From Longimicrobiales bacterium (GTDB lineage Bacteria > Gemmatimonadota > Gemmatimonadetes > Longimicrobiales > Gaopeijiaceae): a DNA stretch of 64,000 bases. The notes under the pieces were generated by a model that saw nothing but the letters and a program-made list of their open reading frames with translations, was not told the origin of the DNA and did no database searches. Positions 50,842-58,839 of the stretch are shown piece by piece. Numbering within the stretch: the stretch's first letter is position 1; the number at the start of each line of letters is the position of its first letter. The stretch is taken from positions 199,998-263,997 of the forward strand of contig CBDDEN010000007.1 of assembly GCA_965226925.1 (NCBI GenBank), written 5' to 3'. The position numbers and the translations under genes were made by a program.

Positions 50842-51185
50842 CGGACCCGCACCACCCACCCACCGCCGCCCATCATTCCGGCGTACTCCTCCACGTGTTC
50901 GGCCATCTCCCCGGTCAGCATCTCTCTGACGAGCCCGTGTAGTACGGGGGCCCCATCAGACCGGACGCCCTTGCCGGTGATGATGTGCACGACACGTCCC
51001 GACGACGTTCGGGAGTGCGACGTGAGCAGGTTTCTCACCTGCGATCGAGCCTGCTCTCCGGTCAGGTGGTGCAGGTCCAGGCTCGCGACCGCCATCTCAC
51101 TCAGGAGCTTGACGACACCGATCAGTGCGGGAGACTCGGCTGCGGGCTCGGCCGCCTTCTCCCCTCGCTTGCGGCGCTTGCTCAC
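50838..51185 (-). CDS. Smr-domain protein
   Basis: The segment LDLHHLTGEQARSQV......GRVVHIITGKGVRSDGAPVLHGLVREML matches the Smr pattern. Confidence 0.8.
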   Translation of the reverse strand: MSKRRKRGEKAAEPAAESPALIGVVKLLSEMAVASLDLHHLTGEQARSQVRNLLTSHSRTSSGRVVHIITGKGVRSDGAPVLHGLVREMLTGEMAEHVEEYAGMMGGGGWVVRVR

Positions 51186-51218
51186 GTCGTTCGAGGCTTC
51201 TGGAAGCGGATCACGTGT

Positions 51219-51895
51219 CTACGTTCCCCCCATCCGCGCCAGCTCGGCCTCGGCCGCGATGAATCCGAACACAGCCCACTGGCGGGCCCGGCCCGCCAGT
51301 GGGCGCCTGTAGGTGGCCCTGGCTTCGTCTTCCCGGCCGTTGGACTGGTGCCAGTACCCCACTCCGTACCCCGCCGTGGTGCTGCCAAGGGTGGCTTCCG
51401 CTGCTGCGGGCCCCAGGATGTCTTCCTCGGTGCGCCTTCCCCGGAAGAGCAGGAGCAGGTCCAGGCATCCGCCGCTCTCGATCAAGTCCATGTCCTCGCT
51501 TACCGACTCCAACACCCTCTGGGCCTCGTCGGTTCTGCCGAGTCGGTCCAGCGTCATGTACCGCCAGTATGCGGTGGCCACCTTGCTGTCGTCGTGCTCC
51601 GAAACGCGGGCACACTGCTCGTACGCCTCGGCCGCCTCCTCGAACTCGCCCTTCAGGTAGTGGGCCAGTCCCAGGTGGTACCAGATGTTGAACTGGAGCG
51701 TGCTGGTCGGGATACCTCTCGCGTTCGGCAGCCCGTCGGGCTCCACCTGATCGGGCAGCCCGTCGGTCAGCTCCGCGGCCCGACGGAAGTCCGCGATGGC
51801 GTTGTCCAACTCTCGGACGCTCACGTAGCGATGACCCCTGTGCCGATACAGGCGTGCTTCGTCCGGATGGAGGGTGATGGCCCGCGTGTAGATGT
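51219..51895 (-). pseudogene. TPR-repeat protein, 5'-truncated at the left end of the IS1595-family transposon
   Basis: The frame is open upstream of the annotated GTG and reads ..IYTRAITLHPDEARLYRHRGHRYVSVRELDNAIADFRRAAEL.., which is TPR-like. It runs into the transposon inverted repeat at 51896 with no plausible start. Confidence 0.6.
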
Positions 51896-51960
51896 CGATT
51901 GGCGGTTGTATATCTCTTGCACGGCTGTCCCTATCGCAGTATATTGATTGTATGGCATCG

Positions 51961-52122
51961 TTACTCGGTTTTCGGCTCTTTCGGCTCGCTTTCCTGAGCC
52001 ACGCGTTTCAACTCCTTCACGACGCGTTTGCTGAACACCTTCTGCATGATCTCGTCTCCCGTGAGTTTGCTCACGTCCTTGGGGAGCCGGTCCTTCTCTC
52101 TGCGCTTGGTGGAATCAACCAT
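51961..52122 (-). CDS. Possible small charged protein (53 aa) inside the transposon, divergent from the transposase
   Basis: The sequence is MVDSTKRREKDRLPKDVSKLTGDEIMQKVFSKRVVKELKRVAQESEPKEPKTE. I recognise no family, and it may be spurious. Confidence 0.2.
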   Translation of the reverse strand: MVDSTKRREKDRLPKDVSKLTGDEIMQKVFSKRVVKELKRVAQESEPKEPKTE

Positions 52123-53032
52123 GTCGAGCACCGCCAATATCAATCTGATGTCGTTGATGGATCGCTTCGGAACCGAAGAGACCTGCCGGGAATACCTCGA
52201 AAAGCTGCGCTGGCCGTCTGGTGTCGCCTGCCCGCGTTGCGGTGACATGTCCGTATCCGAGATCACCACTCGGGACCAGTTCGATTGCAACGGATGCCGC
52301 TACCGCTTCTCTGTGACCTCGGGGACGATCTTCGACAACACCAAGCTTCCTCTGCGGAAGTGGTTCGTGGCCATGTACCTGATGATCGAGTCTAAGAAGG
52401 GGATCAGCGCGAACCAGATGAAGCGCACCCTCGGAGTCTCCTACAAGACCGCTTGGCACCTCTGTCACCGCATCCGTGAGGCCATGACTACCGACCGCTT
52501 CGAGGGACCGACGCTGTTCGGGATCATCGAAGTGGACGAGACGTTTGTCGGTGGTCGCCAGCGAGGCAAGGGCAGAGGACCCTACTCGACGACCAACAAG
52601 TCCATCGTCGTGGGTGCCGTGCAGCGTGACGGGCGCGTCCGCCTGGAGCGCATCCCGAACACGAAACGGGCCACCTTGGACGACTTCATCAAGCGCACCG
52701 TCACCGATGAAGCCCTCGCCATCTACACCGACGAGTTTCCGGCCTACCGTGGCCTCGGGGACCGTATGGGCATCGAGCATGACACCGTGCAGCACAACCT
52801 CGACGAATGGGTCGTGGGCGATGTCCACACGAACAGCGTCGAAGGCATGTGGAGCCTGTTCAAGCGTTCCGTCATGGGTGCCTTCCACAAGATCAGCGTG
52901 AAGCATATGGACCGTTACCTCGAAGAGCTTGAATGGCGCTTCAACAACAGGGATAACCCGCTCATTTTCCGGGATCTTCTTCTTCGGATTCTTGACGGGA
53001 AGGCTCTTCGCTATCGAAGCTTGACGGCATAG
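52121..53032 (+). CDS. IS1595-family (ISXO2-like) transposase
   Basis: Zinc-ribbon N-terminus F.TEETCREYLEKLRWPSGVACPRCG..C..C, then the DDE region IIEVDETFVGG, IYTDEFPAYRGL and TNSVEGMWSLFKR. The start could instead be the ATG at 52148. Confidence 0.85.
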   Translation: MSSTANINLMSLMDRFGTEETCREYLEKLRWPSGVACPRCGDMSVSEITTRDQFDCNGCRYRFSVTSGTIFDNTKLPLRKWFVAMYLMIESKKGISANQMKRTLGVSYKTAWHLCHRIREAMTTDRFEGPTLFGIIEVDETFVGGRQRGKGRGPYSTTNKSIVVGAVQRDGRVRLERIPNTKRATLDDFIKRTVTDEALAIYTDEFPAYRGLGDRMGIEHDTVQHNLDEWVVGDVHTNSVEGMWSLFKRSVMGAFHKISVKHMDRYLEELEWRFNNRDNPLIFRDLLLRILDGKALRYRSLTA

Positions 53033-54440
53033 CCAGCCGCTTCAATGACTCCTGAATAAGCTCAAAGTCCTTCACGTAGCCCGGACCGCTTGCGTTATAC
53101 GCTCGGCTCTTCTCCAAGAGCGTATCTTTGGCCTCATCCACTTTGGCACGACTAGCACCCCCCATCTCCACCTCCGCAACGACATCGACGAAGTGATCGC
53201 GGGCTCGCTTCAACTGCTCCGCCGGTGGGTAGACAGAGAGGTCGCCCAACTCAAGCGCCTTCAGGGACTCTTCGTACTCGCCGCCCGATTTCCCGAGGAC
53301 GGCCCCAAGATCAACCCCCAATTGCTTCGCAGCCCGCTTGATATCGCGTCGCAAGAGGCCGCGCATGTGTCCATGGGAACCCACAGCAATCAGGTCAACG
53401 GGGCCGTACTTCTTCTCGACCGCCTCTATCGTTTCCTCGCTCAGGAAGGGCTTCATCTCAGGGTAGTGTTCCCCGTACATGAAGCTCAGTCGCTTCATGA
53501 GCAGACCAGCGTCTACGGGGTTCAGTGGTGCCTTCACGGCCCCCCACCAGGCCCTTAGCCGCTCCTCACGGTCTACCAGGCCCATCTCGCGGATGTCGCC
53601 CGGAACGGGGATTAAGACAACACCCCGGTTGGGGGCGTCAGGAATAGAATCGGGATCGACTTCAATCCCATGGTCGTTCTTCAGGTGGCGGACCAGTAGA
53701 CTCTTGTCGAGGTTCTTGAACGGGCATTGCCCGCACTCGTAGTTGGGATACTGATTCCAACGGGAAACCCTGTAGGGTGCCGTCTCGGGATGAACTGTTG
53801 TTGACGCCTTCTCAGATGCAAGCGGCGAGGCGAGACTCGGTAGAGGCGGTAGCCGAGTCCGCGCATACCAAGGGGTGCGCCATTCTTCCCACCGCCATCC
53901 CGCGTGATATCGGCGATGGTGGCAGGAGAAAAAGAAAGTGCGCTGGACGGCACGTATGTTCTCGCCCGTAACCCGTAGCGTAATGAGGGTTATGCCCCCC
54001 TCCCAGATTTTGTGAGGGCCGAGGCGGGCCACCGGATGCGGGAAGTCAGCGCACACCACTTCGATCCCTGGGTCGTCATCAGCGACAATATCGAGTAGAT
54101 CGCCGCCCGTGTCTTGCCAGTGCAGGCGGATTGTTGGGATATCGGAGCGGCGGTGGACACCACCTGGCCTAATCTCACGAACGGACACAACACGCACGGC
54201 ACATTTCTTTGCAGCCACCCGACCCTTGTTGTGGATCTTTACGCGAGCCCGGAAACCCTGGCTTGCATCGTAGCGTGGCTTGGGGCGCACGATGGGCCGA
54301 TATGCACGAAGCGACTCCGCGATTCCCAAAGCGCCGCCCACGAGAAGGGTTGCCCCAAGGATGCCAAAACCAGCTATCACGGCAGCTCCGGCGGCGCACA
54401 CGGCGCTCCAGAGAGTGATATGCCCGGTCTTGTCTTCCAT
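52962..54440 (-). CDS. Passenger protein of the IS1595-family transposon: 492 aa, N-terminal TM anchor, classical-spacing C2H2 zinc-finger motif, acidic tail; function unknown
   Basis: The TM helix is ITLWSAVCAAGAAVIAGFGILGATLLVGGALGI. The motif YECGQCPFKNLDKSLLVRHLKNDH has spacing C-X2-C-X12-H-X4-H. The ORF lies entirely between the transposon inverted repeats and overlaps the convergent transposase 3' end by 71 nt. Confidence 0.6.
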   Translation of the reverse strand: MEDKTGHITLWSAVCAAGAAVIAGFGILGATLLVGGALGIAESLRAYRPIVRPKPRYDASQGFRARVKIHNKGRVAAKKCAVRVVSVREIRPGGVHRRSDIPTIRLHWQDTGGDLLDIVADDDPGIEVVCADFPHPVARLGPHKIWEGGITLITLRVTGENIRAVQRTFFFSCHHRRYHAGWRWEEWRTPWYARTRLPPLPSLASPLASEKASTTVHPETAPYRVSRWNQYPNYECGQCPFKNLDKSLLVRHLKNDHGIEVDPDSIPDAPNRGVVLIPVPGDIREMGLVDREERLRAWWGAVKAPLNPVDAGLLMKRLSFMYGEHYPEMKPFLSEETIEAVEKKYGPVDLIAVGSHGHMRGLLRRDIKRAAKQLGVDLGAVLGKSGGEYEESLKALELGDLSVYPPAEQLKRARDHFVDVVAEVEMGGASRAKVDEAKDTLLEKSRAYNASGPGYVKDFELIQESLKRLAMPSSFDSEEPSRQESEEEDPGK

Positions 54441-54533
54441 GCACCGGAAGCTAACTGATGCGCAGTATCCCGTGCAACAGGGTTACAATCACCAATCGTT
54501 TTTCTTCCGTGCTCGGTGCTCGTTCAAGATCCT

Positions 54534-56213
54534 CTAGGGTGCGAGCCTCTTGTACTTGATGCGGTGAGGCTGATCGGCCTCCGCTCCGAGGCGCCGACGT
54601 CGGTCCTCCTCGTATTCCTCGTAGTTGCCCTGGAACCAGACCGCCTTGCTCTCGCCCTCGAAGGCCAGAATGTGCGTCGCGATCCGGTCCAGGAACCAGC
54701 GATCGTGAGAGATCACCATGACGGACCCCGCGAACGAGAGCAGTGCCTCTTCGAGTGCGCGTAATGTGTCCACGTCCAGATCGTTGGTGGGCTCATCCAG
54801 CAGAATGAGGTTTCCACCCTCCTTCAGGAGCTTGGCGAGGTGCAGACGATTGCGCTCGCCCCCCGACAGCACCCCTACTTTCCTCTGCTGATCCGCGCCT
54901 CGGAAGTTGAACCAAGAGAGGTATGCCCGCGGATTCACCTCGACCCTCCCGAAGTGGAGGATCTCCTGGCCCTGCGCCACCTCCTCGAATACGGTCTTCT
55001 CGGGGTCGAGGTCCATCCTGGACTGGTCGACGTAGGCCACCTGCACGGTCTGACCTAGCCGCACGACGCCTTCGTCCGCCGCCTCCTGACCGGTGATCAT
55101 GCGGAGAAGGGTCGTCTTGCCGGCCCCGTTGGGGCCGATGATACCCACGATCGCCCCCGGCGGGAGCGAAAAGGAGAGGTCCTCCAGCAACAAGACGTCT
55201 TCGTAACCTTTTCTTACACCCTCACAGAGAACGACGTCGTTGCCCAGGCGAGGGCCTTTGGGGATGAGGATCTCTGCCGTCTTGACCAGCTCGCGCTCGT
55301 CCTGGGCGAGCAGGTCCTCATACGCACCGAGACGCGCCTTCCCCTTGGCGTGACGGGCCCGGGGGGCCATGCGGATCCACTCCAGCTCGCGCTCGAGTGT
55401 ACTCTGTCGGGTCGACGCCTGCTTCTCCTCGACGCGTAGTCTCTCCTGCTTCTGCTCGAGCCACGACGAGTAGTTGCCTTTCCAGGGGATTCCCTCGCCG
55501 CGGTCGAGCTCGAGGATCCACTCGGCGACGTTGTCGAGGAAGTACCGGTCGTGCGTGATGGCGACGATGGTTCCCGCAAAGTCCGTCAGGTATCGCTCGA
55601 GCCACGCGACCGACTCGGCGTCCAGGTGGTTCGTAGGTTCGTCCAGCAGGAGCATGTCGGGCGCCTCGAGAAGCACACGGCAAAGGGCCACGCGCCTCCG
55701 TTCACCGCCGGAAAGTGTCGTGACGTCCGCGTCGGGGGGAGGCAGCCGGAGGGCATCCATCGCGATCTCCACCCGTCGATCCAGGTCCCATGCGTTCGAG
55801 GCGTCGATGCGATCCTGAAGGCGCGACTGCTTCTCAATGAGGGCCTCCATTTCCTCGGCGCTCATCGGTTCGGCGAACTTCATGCTGACCTCCTCGAACT
55901 GGGTGAGGAGTTCACGGGTCTCACGGACACCTTCTTCGACGTTGCCTCGAACGTCGAGGCCGGGATCCAGCTCAGGCTCTTGGGCCAAGTAGCTCACGCG
56001 CGTGCCCTTGGCGGCCCAGGCCTCTCCCAAGAAGTCGTCGTCGAGCCCTGCCATGATGCGCAGTAGCGTGCTCTTGCCGGACCCGTTGGGTCCTACGACC
56101 CCGATCTTCGCCCCGTGGAAGAACGACAACCAGATGCCCCTGAGGATCTCGCGTTTTGGGGGAACCAGCTTGCGCAGGTCCTTCATGACATAGATGAACT
56201 GCTCGTTGCTCAT
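54534..56213 (-). CDS. ettA: Energy-dependent translational throttle protein EttA (ABC-F ATPase)
   Basis: The N-terminus is [56 protein letters not shown]. There are two ABC cassettes, and the C-terminus is ..[10 protein letters not shown]. At 559 aa it matches the length and signature of EttA. Confidence 0.9.
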   Translation of the reverse strand: MSNEQFIYVMKDLRKLVPPKREILRGIWLSFFHGAKIGVVGPNGSGKSTLLRIMAGLDDDFLGEAWAAKGTRVSYLAQEPELDPGLDVRGNVEEGVRETRELLTQFEEVSMKFAEPMSAEEMEALIEKQSRLQDRIDASNAWDLDRRVEIAMDALRLPPPDADVTTLSGGERRRVALCRVLLEAPDMLLLDEPTNHLDAESVAWLERYLTDFAGTIVAITHDRYFLDNVAEWILELDRGEGIPWKGNYSSWLEQKQERLRVEEKQASTRQSTLERELEWIRMAPRARHAKGKARLGAYEDLLAQDERELVKTAEILIPKGPRLGNDVVLCEGVRKGYEDVLLLEDLSFSLPPGAIVGIIGPNGAGKTTLLRMITGQEAADEGVVRLGQTVQVAYVDQSRMDLDPEKTVFEEVAQGQEILHFGRVEVNPRAYLSWFNFRGADQQRKVGVLSGGERNRLHLAKLLKEGGNLILLDEPTNDLDVDTLRALEEALLSFAGSVMVISHDRWFLDRIATHILAFEGESKAVWFQGNYEEYEEDRRRRLGAEADQPHRIKYKRLAP

Positions 56214-56415
56214 CGTAGGGAATCCACTTCACGCAGGGTTGCCGACCTGTGGGGGGCACAATCTAAGCACACGGACTCACTCTTGGAATCGAAGGATCGA
56301 CTCATTCCCGATCCCGACGTTGTTGATAGTTCCGATCAACGAAGTAGACTCTCACGGGTCGTTTAATGACGCGCGGCGCGTTTCCGAGAGTCTTCCAGAG
56401 CAGCCTCGACACCGA

Positions 56416-57690
56416 ATGGGGGTCAGGACCCAGTTGATAGGAATCGTCGGCGGAGGTATCTCGGGCCTCGTGCTCGGTCACGAGCTCGTCAGCCTTGGAG
56501 CGGATGTCGTGCTCTGGGAGGCGTCCGAGCGGCCTGGTGGGGTGCTCTGGTCCCAGGACTGCGGGGGGGTGCAGGTCGAGTTGGGGCCACAGAGGGCTCG
56601 ACTCACGGATGGGTTTCGAGATCTAGTAGAGGCAGTGGGTCTAACCGACGAGTTGGTTACGGCTCCGGTGGATCTGCCGTTGTTCGTCTATGCTCGAGGG
56701 AAACTCCGAACGGCCCCTCTTTCCGTTGGACAGGCCCTGTTCACGGACCTGCTCCCGCTGTCGAGCAAGGTCCGCATACTGACCGAGCCGTTCCGCTCGG
56801 GACCTCGGGCTCAAGAGACGGCCGGCGGCTTCCTACGCCGAAAGTTCGGAGTCGTGGCCTACCGCGACCTGCTCGGACCCCTTTACGGTGGGCTCTACGG
56901 GTCCGACCCCGACCACATGCCTGCCCGGCACGGCCTTGCGCGAACGCTGAAGAACATGGGTGTAGGCCGAAGCATCCTGTGGAGGATGATCAGCGCCGGT
57001 GGCCGGGCCGACGAAGCACCACCTTGCTCGTTTCGTGACGGGCTGGCCGCCTTACCCCGGGCTCTTCGAGCTCACTTGGGGGACCGAGTACGCTTGGGTA
57101 ACCCGGTGCGCTCGCTTCGAGCGGGCGGCGATGGATGGGCGGTCGTACTCGACGGCGATGAGCGGGTGGAGGTCTCGCAGGTCGTGCTCGCCTGTCCCGC
57201 GGACCAGGCGGCAAGCATCGTCGAGGGTGTTTCCCCCGCTGGAGCCGGCATCCTCGCCGCGATCAGATACAACCCGCTGGCCGTGGTACATATGACGTCC
57301 GAGGCCGACCTCTACGGTCTCGGGTATCAACTCGCGTTCGGCGAACCGTTCGAGACGCGAGGCGTAACGTGGAACCACAGCCTCTTCAAGCGCTCGGGAC
57401 TCTATACGGCGTATCTGGGTGGCATGAAGAACCCCGATATGGTCCAACGCCCCGACGAAGAGATCGGCCGGATCGCTTGCCGGGAATTCGAAGCCGTTAC
57501 GGGATACGCCGCCGAGCCACTCATGGTGTCGCGCACCCGGATGCCGGCGTGGGACGAGAGCTGGAACGCGCTGCCGGAGTTGGATCTGCCCGCGGGACTG
57601 CACCTCTGCTCCAACTACTCGGCCAGGCCCGGCATCGAGGGCCGCATGGTCGAAGCGCGGCGGCTGGCCCGTCGACTCACCGCCGCCTAG
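56416..57690 (+). CDS. hemY: HemY-type FAD-dependent protoporphyrinogen/coproporphyrinogen oxidase
   Basis: The dinucleotide-binding motif is IGIVGGGISGLVLGHEL. The amine-oxidase-fold length fits, and the gene is convergent with hemH. Confidence 0.75.
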   Translation: MGVRTQLIGIVGGGISGLVLGHELVSLGADVVLWEASERPGGVLWSQDCGGVQVELGPQRARLTDGFRDLVEAVGLTDELVTAPVDLPLFVYARGKLRTAPLSVGQALFTDLLPLSSKVRILTEPFRSGPRAQETAGGFLRRKFGVVAYRDLLGPLYGGLYGSDPDHMPARHGLARTLKNMGVGRSILWRMISAGGRADEAPPCSFRDGLAALPRALRAHLGDRVRLGNPVRSLRAGGDGWAVVLDGDERVEVSQVVLACPADQAASIVEGVSPAGAGILAAIRYNPLAVVHMTSEADLYGLGYQLAFGEPFETRGVTWNHSLFKRSGLYTAYLGGMKNPDMVQRPDEEIGRIACREFEAVTGYAAEPLMVSRTRMPAWDESWNALPELDLPAGLHLCSNYSARPGIEGRMVEARRLARRLTAA

Positions 57691-57707
57691 AAGGGGGACT
57701 TGCTTCC

Positions 57708-58745
57708 TCAGTCCGCCGCGTTGAGGCAGAAGGTCGTCGGCGTCGCGCTGCACAGACAGCGGCGCAGGCCGAGCTCGCCCATGATCGGCTCGGGTCGCAG
57801 GGCGTCTTCCACCAGATCGGCGAGCAGAGCCCCGAAGCGGGGGTCCGCGTGCGGGACGGGGACTCGGTGGAAGTCGAGCCCCGCAGCCTCGGCGACCTCC
57901 CGGAGTTCCACGTCGAGCTCGGACAGCGTCTCGGACTGTTCATGCATGAAGCTGAGCGGCTCCACGACCACCCGGGCAGCCTCGAGGCCCTTCACGACCT
58001 CGTCGACCTCCGGCTCGGTCCACTTCACTCCGCGGTTGGCGTGGTTCTGGTATCCGAGAACGTAGTCGGTCGTGCCCAACTCGCGCGCAATCATCCTGCA
58101 GGCTTCTTCCACGTAGGCCACGTATCGGGGTCCCCCTGACGCGTACTTCATGGGTGTTCCGTGCGCGGAGAACACGAGCTTGGTATCCGCGGCATGCAGA
58201 TCGACGCGCTCCCGCTTGACGAAGGCGAGAATGTTGTCGGCCCTGAGACGTAGGTAGTCGGGGTGGCGGTGCCAACCCGTGATCTCCCGCATGGGGACCT
58301 TCCATTCGAGTTCATTCAGGGCCGCCTGGACGTCCTCGAGGGCTGCCACCGTGGTCGACATGCCGCAGAGGGGGTAGATCGGAAGGGCGATCAGCTTTCC
58401 CACCCCGTCGTCATGGGCCTGCCCGACCGCCGTGGCGATGGACGGGTCCGTGAACTGCATGCCCGAGTAGCACTTCAGGTCGAACCCTCGCCGCTTGAGC
58501 GCGAGCTGGACCATCCGGACCTCACCCCGGACCTGCGTGTTCAGCGGTGAACCGCCGATCCCCTTGTATTCGTCGATCAATCCGGGTGCCCGGGCCTCGG
58601 CGAGTTGTCGCGCTCTCTGGGCTCCGCCCCTCTTCGACTCCAGGGACGCGTTCCGAAGGAATATCCGTTCCAGATAGGGGACCACCTCCTCGAGGGTAGC
58701 GTGCTCGGGTTCCCCGAAGTTGAGGATCAGGACACCGATCTTCAT
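57708..58745 (-). CDS. hemH: Ferrochelatase
   Basis: The N-terminus is MKIGVLILNFGEPEHATLEEVVPYLERIF. Also present are GGSPLN, SAHGTP and YQNH. The Cys-rich C-terminus (CLCSATPTTFC) suggests a [2Fe-2S] type. Confidence 0.9.
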   Translation of the reverse strand: MKIGVLILNFGEPEHATLEEVVPYLERIFLRNASLESKRGGAQRARQLAEARAPGLIDEYKGIGGSPLNTQVRGEVRMVQLALKRRGFDLKCYSGMQFTDPSIATAVGQAHDDGVGKLIALPIYPLCGMSTTVAALEDVQAALNELEWKVPMREITGWHRHPDYLRLRADNILAFVKRERVDLHAADTKLVFSAHGTPMKYASGGPRYVAYVEEACRMIARELGTTDYVLGYQNHANRGVKWTEPEVDEVVKGLEAARVVVEPLSFMHEQSETLSELDVELREVAEAAGLDFHRVPVPHADPRFGALLADLVEDALRPEPIMGELGLRRCLCSATPTTFCLNAAD

Positions 58746-58803
58746 GAATGGATCACTTGTGGTTGTCGGTGTCTCACGGAGATCGCTGGTGCGTGAACGC
58801 CGC

Positions 58804-58839
58804 TGACGAACGTGACGTCATTTGACGAACGTGACGTCA
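58804..58839. repeat. Tandem 17-nt repeat (period 19), each copy containing the palindrome TGACGTCA, in the hemH upstream region
   Basis: TGACGAACGTGACGTCA occurs at 58804-58820 and at 58823-58839, separated by TT. The second copy contains the stop codon of the upstream gene. Confidence 0.8.

Larger units (their letters stand above)
51896..54498 (+). mobile_element. IS1595-family transposon (2603 bp) with a passenger gene; low G+C
   Basis: The terminal inverted repeats are CGATTGGCGGTTGTATATCTCTTGCACGG (51896-51924) and the reverse complement of 54470-54498, CGATTGGTGATTGTAACCCTGTTGCACGG (23/29 identical). Hand counts inside gave 29/60 and 31/60 G+C, against 41/60 in a flanking line. I found no 8-bp target duplication. 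Confidence 0.7.
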
